NCBI GenBank assembly: GCA_050298595.1
Contig: JBNKUM010000062.1
Location: 1 to 64,000 of the forward strand
Origin: Gammaproteobacteria bacterium
GTDB taxonomy: Bacteria; Pseudomonadota; Gammaproteobacteria; GCA-001735895
Direction of reading: 5' to 3'
DNA length: 64,000 nucleotides
The notes beneath the pieces are model-generated. The model was given only the letters and a program-made list of their open reading frames with translations, did no database searches and had not been told where the DNA came from. Positions 8,468-19,986 of the stretch are shown here, in pieces. Both the position numbers and the translations under genes were made by a program. The first letter of the stretch is position 1; each line of letters opens with the position of its first letter.

Positions 8468-8971
8468 CTAGTAGTGTTTAATTTTACGATGTCCCTGCAG
8501 CAGGGCGTCATCGACGTATTGTCCATAGAGTTCCAGCGTGTTTACCCCGAGGATGCGTTCACTGACCTCTTTACCACGTCCGTCTATAAACAGCAGGGTA
8601 GGCGTGAGTGAGGCATTCATCTTATAGGCATACTGCGCTGGAGAGGTTTTACTACCTTCAAAGTCTTTCATTGGGTAGTGGCTATCGATATCCAGTTTTC
8701 GTATCAGTACATTGTCATCGTAATCGCCGCTACGCAACATGGGCTTGATGATATTCTCTTCCAGTCTTTTGCAATAACCGCAATAACTGGCTGACATTTC
8801 TAGTAAAATAACCTTATGTTGATCCAGTGCCAGCTGTCCGAGTTGTTGCAGGTTACTGGCATATTTGATCTCCACATAGGGCATACCGTCTTCATCGATA
8901 CCATTAGTATATTCCACAGCCTGAAGGCTGCAGGTGAATAACATCAGGAATAATAGCAGGAGGGGTTTCAA
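8468..8971 (-). CDS. Periplasmic thioredoxin-fold protein, SoxW-like
   Basis: CGYC active site, TPTLLF cis-Pro; start re-called to TTG 8971, which gives a signal peptide (LKPLLLLFLMLFTCSLQA); start uncertain. Confidence 0.75.
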   Translation of the reverse strand: MKPLLLLFLMLFTCSLQAVEYTNGIDEDGMPYVEIKYASNLQQLGQLALDQHKVILLEMSASYCGYCKRLEENIIKPMLRSGDYDDNVLIRKLDIDSHYPMKDFEGSKTSPAQYAYKMNASLTPTLLFIDGRGKEVSERILGVNTLELYGQYVDDALLQGHRKIKHY

Positions 8972-9195
8972 GGTCTGGTTACCGAAATTCAGGTTGAAAG
9001 ACAGATAACCAGAAGCTATCCGCTTGCACGATGCGGCATCATACAATGTCGACAGTGCTTTTTCTAATTTTTCATGTGAAGTATTCGTTGTAATGCTCAT
9101 GACACTATTGATCCTTTTTTTACATTCAAACTGTTCTACTAGTAGTGATATAATCTGCCGTCTTTTTAATCCAGTTATTTTAATAATCACCCAAT

Positions 9196-12100
9196 ATGCG
9201 TCTCACCCAAATCAAGATTGCCGGTTTTAAATCCTTTGTCGATCCGACAAAAATCCAGTTCCCTGAAAACCTGACCGGTGTTGTTGGCCCTAATGGCTGT
9301 GGCAAATCGAATGTAATCGATGCGGTACGCTGGGTTATGGGAGAGTCTTCAGCCAAGCATTTACGCGGCGAATCTATGGAAGACGTTATCTTTAGTGGTT
9401 CATCTTCGCGCAAACCGGTAGGACAGGCTTCCGTTGAGTTAATATTTGATAACTCCGATGGCAAAATCACCGGTGAATACGCCAAATACAATGAAATCTC
9501 GGTTAAACGGCTGGCCACAAGGGCAGGGCAATCCAAATACTTTTTGAATAGCAGTCGTTGCCGTAGACGCGATATTGCCGATATCTTCCTTGGTACCGGC
9601 CTTGGACCACGTAGCTATGCGATTATTGAGCAGGGCATGGTGTCGCGCATTATCGATGCTAAACCAGAGGATCTACGGGTATATCTGGAAGAAGCGGCGG
9701 GAATTTCCAAATACAAGGAGCGTCGCCGTGAAACCGAAACGCGTATACGCCATACGCGTGAGAACCTGGATCGCCTGAATGACCTGCGCGAAGAAATTGA
9801 AAAACAGCTTTCCAAGCTCAAGCGTCAATCTAAAACCGCTGAAAAATATAAAATACTGAAAACTGAACAGCGCCGTTATGAAGCGGAATTACTGTTATTA
9901 CAACGTAATGCCTTCGATCTTGAGGTACAGCGCCAGCAGCAGAAACTGGAACAGATCGCTACCGGTTTACAGCAGGCTATCGCCGAGGTACGTAAGACGG
10001 AAAACCTGATAGAGCAGGGACATCAACTGCTCACCGCTGCGAATGACGAGCACAATAAGATTCAGGGTGAATTTTATTCAGTCGGTTCTGAAATATCCTC
10101 ACGTGAGCAGGAAATTACCCACCAGCAAAATCTGACCGAACGCAACCAGCAGGATTTGAATAAGGTTAATCAGGCTGCCGATGAATCACGCAATATCATT
10201 CAAAGTGATGAAGCGAAACTGAAGCAACTGGAAGAGGATCTGGAAAATCTTGCACCACAACTGGAAGGCTTAAGCGAAGTCTACGAGCAGGCGCAGCAGG
10301 TACAGATTGAAGCCGAAAATAAGATGAACCAGTGGCAGGGTCGCTGGGATGAATTTAATCAGCAATACCATAATGCCCACCAGGCTGTGCAGGTTGAGAA
10401 TAAGGGTATTGAGCATATAGAACGTCAGATCCTGCAGGCCGATCAACGCATTGCTCGTCTTAATTCAGAAAAAGAAAGCCTTGATGTATCGACCTACGAT
10501 GCACAAATTCAGGAGCTGGATGAAAAAATTCTGGAGCAGGAACAGGATTATAACGGCCTGCAGCAAAATCAGCAGTCGCAAAGTGAATCCATCACCACAC
10601 TGCGTGAACAGATCGAACTACAAAGCAGCCAGCTGGATGGCAAGCGTACCGAGGTACAGAACCTGCGCGGTCGTTTATCCTCACTGGAAGCGTTGCAACA
10701 GAATGTATTAGCCGAAACCAGTGATGAACTAAAAGGCTGGCTACAACAGCAACAGCTTGCCGATAGTCAACGTTTGACTGAGGTACTGAGGGTCGAGAAG
10801 GGTTACGAGCAGGCGGTTGAGGTGGTACTCAGTCCATTACTGGGCGCTTATTGTACCGATCAAATCTCAATCCATAGTTTGCAGGCGGTAGCGGGTAATG
10901 GCATTACACTGATTCATCAGTTAGCCGGTATTGAAGGTGTTCAAGCCCCGGCAGGCTGGCGCAAATTGACCGAGGTGGTTTCGGCACCGTTTAATCTGGA
11001 ATCCATAGCGGGTAATGTTTTTATCTGTGAAGATCGCGCAGAGCTGGAGCAGAAACGAAGCCAGTTAAGCTCAACGCAAAGATTGGTGAGCAAGGATGGC
11101 CTGTATTGCGGCAGCAACTGGGTCATTCAGTTGGGAGAAGAAAACGAGCATAGTGGTCTGATTCAACGCGAGCAGGAAATTAAGTCAATTAAGCAGGAAC
11201 TGGAAGAGATTACTGAAAAAGCCATGCTGCTTAAATCGCAGACCGATGCTGACCGTGAGCGCCTGCAACGTGAAGAAAAACAACGCGATGATAACCAGCG
11301 CCAGTTACAGCAGATTCAACGCCAGATAGCAGATTTAAATAATCAGCGTACCCAGAGAAAAGGGCGTGCGGAACAGATCCAGAACCGCCTGTCTACGCTG
11401 GATAAAGAGATCGAAGAACTGACCAACCAGCTAAAAGAATTACAGGAAGATTTACAGCAAACCACTTTGCGCAGAAATGAGTTTCTGGAACAGATAAACC
11501 TGTTAGAGGAACAGAAAGCAGAACTGGAGCTGGAACGTGATGCTTATCGCGAGGCACTACAACAGACTCGCGAGCAATTGCAAAACAGCCGTGACCAGCA
11601 GCATCAGGTGCAGATGAAACTGCAGAGCCTGAAATCTGAATCTAATTCAACGCGCTTTAATCTGGAACGTATCGAACAGCAATCGGCACAATATAAAACA
11701 CGTGTTGAAGAACTTAAACGTGCCATAGATGAAGCCAGGCAACCGCTGCAGGAACTGGAACTGGCGCTACAGCAGGCGCTTGCCAGAAAATCAACCATTG
11801 AACAGCGACTACGCGCATCGCAGGATAAGGTAACGGGTCTGGACACCGAGCAGCGCGCGCACGAATATGCTCGTAATGATCAGCAGCAACGGGTAGACCA
11901 GGTGCGTAGTGAACTGGAACAGCATAAGATGCAATGTCAGGAAGTTGAGATTCGTCGTTCGACGATTGATGAGCAACTGGCGAAAACCGAGTTTAATAGT
12001 GAGCAGTTAAAGCTGGAAATGGATGAGCAGGCAGATATCCAGCAATGGCAACAGCATCTTGATGAGCTGACGCGCCGCATTAATAATCTTGGGCCGATCA

Positions 12101-12705
12101 ACCTGGCGGCGATTGATGAATTTAAGGAGCAGTCAGAACGCAAGGAGTATCTGGATGCTCAGAATGAAGATCTAACCTCTGCCTTAACCACGCTGGAAAA
12201 TGCGATCAAAAAAATCGATAAGGAAACTCGTGAACGTTTTAAGGAAACCTTTGATCATGTGAATTCACGCATGCAGGAACGCTTCCCTAAATTATTTGGT
12301 GGCGGGCAGGCAAGCCTTGAATTAACTGAGGATGACCTGTTGAATACCGGTGTGACCATTATGGCGCGTCCTCCGGGCAAGCGAGTGACCAGTCTGCAAT
12401 TATTATCAGGTGGAGAAAAGGCGTTAACTGCTGTGGCACTTATATTTGCCATCTTCGAGCTGAATCCTTCGCCTTTCTGTATGCTGGATGAGGTTGATGC
12501 ACCGCTGGATGACGCCAATGTAGGCCGTTTCTGTGCTATGGTAGAAGAGATGTCTCAACAGGTTCAGTTTATTTTTATTACACATAATAAGGTAACTATG
12601 GAGCTGGCGCGCACACTGAATGGTGTCACCATGCATGAGCCGGGTGTATCTCGACTGGTATCGGTGGATATTGATGAGGCGGCAGCTCTGGTGGAAGCGG
12701 GGTAA
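9196..12705 (+). CDS. smc: Chromosome segregation protein SMC
   Basis: GPNGCGKSN Walker A, coiled coils, LSGGEKAL, LDEVDAPLD. Confidence 0.98.
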   Translation: MRLTQIKIAGFKSFVDPTKIQFPENLTGVVGPNGCGKSNVIDAVRWVMGESSAKHLRGESMEDVIFSGSSSRKPVGQASVELIFDNSDGKITGEYAKYNEISVKRLATRAGQSKYFLNSSRCRRRDIADIFLGTGLGPRSYAIIEQGMVSRIIDAKPEDLRVYLEEAAGISKYKERRRETETRIRHTRENLDRLNDLREEIEKQLSKLKRQSKTAEKYKILKTEQRRYEAELLLLQRNAFDLEVQRQQQKLEQIATGLQQAIAEVRKTENLIEQGHQLLTAANDEHNKIQGEFYSVGSEISSREQEITHQQNLTERNQQDLNKVNQAADESRNIIQSDEAKLKQLEEDLENLAPQLEGLSEVYEQAQQVQIEAENKMNQWQGRWDEFNQQYHNAHQAVQVENKGIEHIERQILQADQRIARLNSEKESLDVSTYDAQIQELDEKILEQEQDYNGLQQNQQSQSESITTLREQIELQSSQLDGKRTEVQNLRGRLSSLEALQQNVLAETSDELKGWLQQQQLADSQRLTEVLRVEKGYEQAVEVVLSPLLGAYCTDQISIHSLQAVAGNGITLIHQLAGIEGVQAPAGWRKLTEVVSAPFNLESIAGNVFICEDRAELEQKRSQLSSTQRLVSKDGLYCGSNWVIQLGEENEHSGLIQREQEIKSIKQELEEITEKAMLLKSQTDADRERLQREEKQRDDNQRQLQQIQRQIADLNNQRTQRKGRAEQIQNRLSTLDKEIEELTNQLKELQEDLQQTTLRRNEFLEQINLLEEQKAELELERDAYREALQQTREQLQNSRDQQHQVQMKLQSLKSESNSTRFNLERIEQQSAQYKTRVEELKRAIDEARQPLQELELALQQALARKSTIEQRLRASQDKVTGLDTEQRAHEYARNDQQQRVDQVRSELEQHKMQCQEVEIRRSTIDEQLAKTEFNSEQLKLEMDEQADIQQWQQHLDELTRRINNLGPINLAAIDEFKEQSERKEYLDAQNEDLTSALTTLENAIKKIDKETRERFKETFDHVNSRMQERFPKLFGGGQASLELTEDDLLNTGVTIMARPPGKRVTSLQLLSGGEKALTAVALIFAIFELNPSPFCMLDEVDAPLDDANVGRFCAMVEEMSQQVQFIFITHNKVTMELARTLNGVTMHEPGVSRLVSVDIDEAAALVEAG

Positions 12706-12764
12706 ATTTTCGATGATGCAAATTTACTATCAATTTGTACTTTATTTCAAAAGAGCCCTGTAAC

Positions 12765-13484
12765 ATGGATGCAACCTCACTGCGCTGGATTCTGGGTATC
12801 ATTGGGGTCGTAGTTATTCTGGCTGTTTACCTGTTTTCTATCTATCAAAGTAAACTACGTCGTCATGCCGCGATTAAAACCTTTACACAGGATGAGCTTG
12901 AAACAGGTGTCATTGAGGATGAATCGCTACGTGATGAGTTGTCTCATATCAATACCATGCTGGATCAGGATGTCGGTAAAGATGATATTGCTGACATCAA
13001 AATTACGCCTGCGCTTGACAGTCGGGTCGTGGTTGAAGAAACGCTCAGGCCTGAGCTTGTGCTGCCTTCTGGATTGCTGGATATTGCCAGGAGTCATCGG
13101 GTCGCTCATGTATTAAAACCCGATGATGACCATCTTTTAACCAGTGCAGAACTCATTTCAGCTATACAGCAAATGCAGCTCGATTTACAGGATGATGGCC
13201 TGGTGAAATCAGAGGCTGAACAAAATTCCAATTTCTATCTGGCCAGCCTGTCTGGCGACGGAACGTTGACAGGTATGAGTGATCCTCAATATTCCACGCC
13301 TGGCCTGGTATGTTTTTTTGACATATCGAATAGTGAGCAGCCCATGGGCTGTTACGAGTTTATGTTGAAAAAAATAGATGAGCTCGTAAGAGTACTTAAT
13401 CTCAAAGTCTATGATGAAGATTTAAACTTACTCACTTTACAGCACGTTACCGAAATACGCAGTCGAATAACTAATCAAAAATAA
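12765..13484 (+). CDS. zipA: Cell division protein ZipA-like
   Basis: N-terminal TM (LRWILGIIG), C-terminal TPGLVCFF domain; smc-zipA-ligA synteny. Confidence 0.75.
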   Translation: MDATSLRWILGIIGVVVILAVYLFSIYQSKLRRHAAIKTFTQDELETGVIEDESLRDELSHINTMLDQDVGKDDIADIKITPALDSRVVVEETLRPELVLPSGLLDIARSHRVAHVLKPDDDHLLTSAELISAIQQMQLDLQDDGLVKSEAEQNSNFYLASLSGDGTLTGMSDPQYSTPGLVCFFDISNSEQPMGCYEFMLKKIDELVRVLNLKVYDEDLNLLTLQHVTEIRSRITNQK

Positions 13485-15503
<2,019 letters not shown>

Positions 15504-15506
15504 ACT

Positions 15507-15842
15507 ATGCAACTGGATGTAGGCGATCAGGAGTTAAAAAAATACGTTTATGCCGTGTATATCCTGCAGGCGCTTTCATTCCTGCTTTTGATTACATCGG
15601 TAGCGGGTGTGATTGTTAATTATATTAAAGATGATGACATGCGTGGAAGCTGGCTGGAGTCGCATTTTATCTGGCAGAAACGTACTTTCTGGTACGGTCT
15701 TTTATGGATAATTCTCGGAACTTTAACCTCGGGTATCTTGATTGGCTGGCTGGTACTGATTGTCGCAACTTTCTGGTTGATCTATCGTATCGCCAAGGGC
15801 TGGATCTATCTGGTAGATGGTAAAGAACTTTATCTTGAGTAA
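15507..15842 (+). CDS. DUF4870-like membrane protein
   Basis: VYILQAL..GVIVNY..SHFIWQKRTFW..YRIAKGW. Confidence 0.8.
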   Translation: MQLDVGDQELKKYVYAVYILQALSFLLLITSVAGVIVNYIKDDDMRGSWLESHFIWQKRTFWYGLLWIILGTLTSGILIGWLVLIVATFWLIYRIAKGWIYLVDGKELYLE

Positions 15843-15879
15843 GGACTCTTATCGGCTGTCGTATAACGAGTAGAATTTT

Positions 15880-16266
15880 ATGAATGATGATAGAAAGTGG
15901 CGTGACCAGTTAAGCGAAGAAGAATATAGAGTCTGCCGGGAAAAGGGCACCGAGAGGGCATTTACTGGCGAATTCTGGGACAACAAGGATGAAGGTGTTT
16001 ATCTTTGTAAATGTTGTGGAGAACCCCTGTTTAGCTCACAGACAAAGTTCGACTCAGGGTCGGGATGGCCATCTTTCTTTAAGCCTCTGGATGATGAAAA
16101 TATCGAATATGAGTCTGATAAGACGTTGGGTATGGTGCGTACCGAGATTATGTGTAAGAAATGCGGCTGCCATCTGGGGCATGTGTTCGATGACGGACCT
16201 GCAGAAACCGGCAAAAGGTATTGCGTCAACTCAGCCTCATTGAATTTTAACCAGAGAAACAAGTAG
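15880..16266 (+). CDS. msrB: Peptide-methionine (R)-S-oxide reductase
   Basis: [29 protein letters not shown]. Confidence 0.97.
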   Translation: MNDDRKWRDQLSEEEYRVCREKGTERAFTGEFWDNKDEGVYLCKCCGEPLFSSQTKFDSGSGWPSFFKPLDDENIEYESDKTLGMVRTEIMCKKCGCHLGHVFDDGPAETGKRYCVNSASLNFNQRNK

Positions 16267-16275
16267 AGCACTGCA

Positions 16276-16602
16276 ATGAATGAATCTGATTTTAACCAGC
16301 TGGCCGAGCAAACGATGATGGATATTGAACAGGCCATCGAAGATAGTGGTGCCGAGATCGACTACGATACCATCAGCGAAATACTGACGCTGGAATTTGA
16401 AAACGGTAGTCGTATCATCATCAATAAGCAGACCCCGGTATCCCAGCTATGGGTGGCGGCTAAATCAGGTGGATTTCATTTTGATTATGATGACGCAAGC
16501 CAGAGCTGGCGTCTGGATAGTAATCCCGATGAGGAGTTGTTTACCTGCCTGAGTCGTTACTGTAGTGAACAGGCAGGTGAGTCGGTTGAATTGACCCGCT
16601 AG
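16276..16602 (+). CDS. cyaY: Iron donor protein CyaY (frataxin)
   Basis: IIINKQTP..QLWVAAKSGGFHF. Confidence 0.95.
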   Translation: MNESDFNQLAEQTMMDIEQAIEDSGAEIDYDTISEILTLEFENGSRIIINKQTPVSQLWVAAKSGGFHFDYDDASQSWRLDSNPDEELFTCLSRYCSEQAGESVELTR

Positions 16603-18716
16603 AACTGGTAAGTGTAGCCAAGGAACAGACTATAAAACATCTGATCATTTCGATCAGGTAAATCAAAATTTGAATACTCGATACCTACACTTGCTTCCAG
16701 ATTTAGTTTTTTCATCGGTTTATAACTGACCTTAAAACTTGGATTGATTATGTACTGATCATCGTTGGTGATCTTACTGGAACGAAAATCTATCCTGATT
16801 CTGGGGTCATAGCGCAGGCTCTTGATACTGCTGCTCTGAATCCGGGTGCGGCCCCTGAAAGATGTGGTTTCTGACGAAGCAGTATCCGATATTCTAACAC
16901 CAACGGTGGTGTAGTCCTTTTCCGTAAAAAATCCACGAATCGTATAGTCGCCAGAGATATAGATGTTCTCAGTTGCTTCGATCGCATCAATGGCCGGTGT
17001 AGTCGCTGTTGCCGCCGACGCTTCAGTTGCCTCTATGGAGGATAAGGAAAGGCTCAGATAGATCTGACTGTTGTCGTCGATGACGTAAGTCGAGCCGGCA
17101 AATAAATTCGTGCTTTTGCTGGTACGATCTTCAGCCAGCTGATAGATCTGCTCGTCACTTAGGCCTGTTTTAGTTTTTAATTCATCTAATGTTTCTACAC
17201 CCTGAGCCTGAATGGCATTGGTGGTAGTGAGTAGCGGTGAGTTTCTGTGATCAAGAGTCAGGTTAAAAAATAATTTGTCACTGTGGCGGTAGTTGGTAAT
17301 TGCGGTGACATTGTTTAGATCATTATAGAATATGTCATAGTCGATGATTCCGTAGACAAACCCACGGTTTGTGCGGTACTGAAATTCGGTACCTATTGCC
17401 TGTCGGTCAGTGAGGCCTGCATTGCTTTGTTGAATCAGGTAATAGTCCATATCAAATTCTTTTGAAAACTTGAGATTAATGTTACCACCAAAAAAAACGC
17501 GTTCCGTATTCAGTGAATCATAGGATGATATAACAGGATAACCGGTAAACAGGCTGTATCCAAAGTCAGGATTTGAAATGTCTTTGTAGACTACCCCATC
17601 AAAACGTCCCAATACTCCTTTTGCAGTTAAACTCTGGCGTCCACCTATAATCTGGAACTCACCTTCATTACTGATGTAATTCACCATGGCTCGACTGATT
17701 CTGCCCTGGTTATCACTGTCCAGAAAATCAGTTATGATGCCTCCGTCAAATTTTATGACCAGAGAGTGTTTTTCAGTTTTTTTACGGGCAAATAGATTGA
17801 TATCACTGACAAGGGCATTATTCAATTCTTCTGAACTCAGCGTATCTATAGCCAGAATATCATTTCGATAGTATTGAGAAACAGAGCCTGATAGATGCCA
17901 GTCATCGGGGTTGCTTTTAGTCTTTTCCTCGCTCAGACGTTTTCTGGGTTCGACGTGCATGGTTTTAAGGCCTTCAAGCCGGCTTTTGATTTTAGGAGCA
18001 TTTTCACTGTCCGGGTAGCGCGCCAGAAACTGGCTGTATATGGCGATAGCCTGAGGAATTTTCTGTTGTCTTTCACGCGCAATACCTGAGTATTCAAGCG
18101 CTTGCTGTTGCTGTTCTAAATTTCCGATTTCACCAACTTTTCCCGCTATAGCGAGCACTCTGGCGTAATTTTGATCGAGGAACATCTGTTTTGCATCCTG
18201 CAGTAATTTGTCTGCAAGTGATTCATTTTTAGTGACTGGTGGACGTTGGATAGCCGGCTTAGCGATGCTCACAGCAGGAATGGGTGCTATGACGACAGGT
18301 GCAGACAGCTCAACTGGAGGTTTTGTTTTTAACAGGCGTGCCGACAGGGCTGAAATTTCAGCTTTGCTACGGAAGTTTATCCAGGCGCTTGGATAGGTGT
18401 GTTTCAGCTTTTGTAGTTGAGTATCTGCATCCTCTTGCGTTTCGTAGTTACCTATCGTAAGGCGGTAGTAGGTTTTATTATTTACATTGACCTTGTTTAA
18501 ATAAATAAGCTCATTACTGCTACTGGAAAGGATTTTAATATCACTTTCTGGGATTTTTTTTCCGGATGATGAAAGGTTTATTGAGTAGGGGTGGATAATC
18601 GTTATCTGCGCAGGCTGAGTATAAATAGTATCCACGCCTGAATATTCGCTCTTTGCTGCGAACAACAGGTTAGGAATCAACACCAGCAAATATAGGTAAT
18701 TCTTTAAATTTGGCAT
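16599..18716 (-). CDS. Outer-membrane beta-barrel with N-terminal SPOR-like and TPR domains (porin of a porin-cytochrome complex)
   Basis: Signal peptide; YYRLTIGNYET..SAWI SPOR-like; ALEYSGIARERQQK..YPDS TPR; amphipathic beta strands; C-terminal GYTYQF. Confidence 0.8.
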   Translation of the reverse strand: MPNLKNYLYLLVLIPNLLFAAKSEYSGVDTIYTQPAQITIIHPYSINLSSSGKKIPESDIKILSSSSNELIYLNKVNVNNKTYYRLTIGNYETQEDADTQLQKLKHTYPSAWINFRSKAEISALSARLLKTKPPVELSAPVVIAPIPAVSIAKPAIQRPPVTKNESLADKLLQDAKQMFLDQNYARVLAIAGKVGEIGNLEQQQQALEYSGIARERQQKIPQAIAIYSQFLARYPDSENAPKIKSRLEGLKTMHVEPRKRLSEEKTKSNPDDWHLSGSVSQYYRNDILAIDTLSSEELNNALVSDINLFARKKTEKHSLVIKFDGGIITDFLDSDNQGRISRAMVNYISNEGEFQIIGGRQSLTAKGVLGRFDGVVYKDISNPDFGYSLFTGYPVISSYDSLNTERVFFGGNINLKFSKEFDMDYYLIQQSNAGLTDRQAIGTEFQYRTNRGFVYGIIDYDIFYNDLNNVTAITNYRHSDKLFFNLTLDHRNSPLLTTTNAIQAQGVETLDELKTKTGLSDEQIYQLAEDRTSKSTNLFAGSTYVIDDNSQIYLSLSLSSIEATEASAATATTPAIDAIEATENIYISGDYTIRGFFTEKDYTTVGVRISDTASSETTSFRGRTRIQSSSIKSLRYDPRIRIDFRSSKITNDDQYIINPSFKVSYKPMKKLNLEASVGIEYSNFDLPDRNDQMFYSLFLGYTYQF

Positions 18717-18737
18717 AGAAAAAATTCAATATTATTA

Positions 18738-18772
18738 TAAAAACTCTGCAACTTACGCGCTAAGTTGCAGAG
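18738..18772 (-). terminator. Intrinsic terminator-like hairpin between the 14-heme cytochrome and beta-barrel genes
   Basis: CTCTGCAACTTA-CGCGC-TAAGTTGCAGAG perfect 12-bp stem, followed by a T-run on the minus strand. Confidence 0.65.
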
Positions 18773-18787
18773 GCAATCAAGTCTGGT

Positions 18788-19963
18788 TTATCTATCCCAA
18801 CTAGAGTCAGTAACTCTGTGATGAGAGCTATCCTGGTGACAGGCGCCACTACAATCTGCATTTTGTGCAACGGTCTCAAAACCACCGCCAGATGCTTCGT
18901 GTTTATCCTGCTCATAATCCCCGGCATGACAGGCTGCGCATTGTGGTGCATAAGCTGTGTTCCATGATGGTGTCTCATTATTAGTGCCGTGGCAGTCTAT
19001 GCAAGCTGCAGTATTATGACGACCCCCGTCAGGGAAATTGGTGCTGCTATGGCTGTATGTTTTTGGCGTCCAGTTGACGGTGGTATGACAGATTTCACAG
19101 GGTTCAGTTGTAACGAAATGATTGGCTGACTTCCCAGTCGCTGAGACACCATTGTGGCAACTTTCACAATTATCGGTTACAACATCATGAATCCAGGTGC
19201 TATTAGACCAGCTGATGGTGGTATGGCATTCCACACAATCCTTGCTGGTTTGCATATGAGTGGAGGATTTTCCTTCAGCGATAATGCCGTTATGACAGCT
19301 GGAGCAAAAACCAATGACCTGGCTATGATCAACTCTATAGACAGGATTAAAAGTAACAGTCGTGTGGCAATCTTCGCAGTTGTTTGTGCTCTGGATGTGA
19401 TTAGTACTCATGCCAGTGGCGATTACACCATTATGGCAGAGTTGACAGTTACCAGTAATCCCTTCGTGATCAAACACTGCATCCTGCCAGGAGTTTGTGC
19501 GATGACAATTATCGCAGACATCACTACTTTGGATGTGTCCCGGATGTTTGCCAATCGCGACTATTCCATTATGGCAGCTTTGGCATTCCCCGGTGACAGC
19601 AAAATGATCAACTCTGACAACGTTTTCCCAGTTCCCAGTCTGATGACAAAACTCGCAATCATCGGTGGTTCTCATATGCCTGGGTGAAGGAGCACTGGCC
19701 TGAATACGCCCTGAGTTTGAATGGCAGCCACTGCATTGAGTAGGAGTACCTCTAAACACGCCCTGAATATGGCAGGCATCACATTTTTGTCTGGCATGTA
19801 CGATATCTAATGAGAAGTGAGTTTCATCGTGATCAAATCTCTCAGCATTTGCATTATTTATAATGCCCGTTGTTAACAATAATGTGATCAGGATTAACGA
19901 TAAAGTATTCCGCAAGTTTTTTCGGTAATCAGTGATATAAGTGTTAGCAATATTAATTATCAT
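18788..19963 (-). CDS. Multiheme cytochrome c, 13 CxxCH + 1 Cx3CH (putative outer/extracellular component)
   Basis: Manual motif count; signal-like N-terminus; repeated CxxCHNG..A.GK...H..T...CxxCH unit. Confidence 0.92.
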   Translation of the reverse strand: MIINIANTYITDYRKNLRNTLSLILITLLLTTGIINNANAERFDHDETHFSLDIVHARQKCDACHIQGVFRGTPTQCSGCHSNSGRIQASAPSPRHMRTTDDCEFCHQTGNWENVVRVDHFAVTGECQSCHNGIVAIGKHPGHIQSSDVCDNCHRTNSWQDAVFDHEGITGNCQLCHNGVIATGMSTNHIQSTNNCEDCHTTVTFNPVYRVDHSQVIGFCSSCHNGIIAEGKSSTHMQTSKDCVECHTTISWSNSTWIHDVVTDNCESCHNGVSATGKSANHFVTTEPCEICHTTVNWTPKTYSHSSTNFPDGGRHNTAACIDCHGTNNETPSWNTAYAPQCAACHAGDYEQDKHEASGGGFETVAQNADCSGACHQDSSHHRVTDSSWDR

Positions 19964-19986
19964 TATCTGCTCCAGTCAGATGAGAC

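Noticed and set aside
8972-9190. Long N-terminus of the thioredoxin-like ORF
   Set aside because: It would leave 5 bp for divergent promoters with smc; the signal peptide begins at about 8971.
19154-19687. 177-aa repetitive plus-strand ORF
   Set aside because: Antisense shadow of the repetitive multiheme cytochrome gene.
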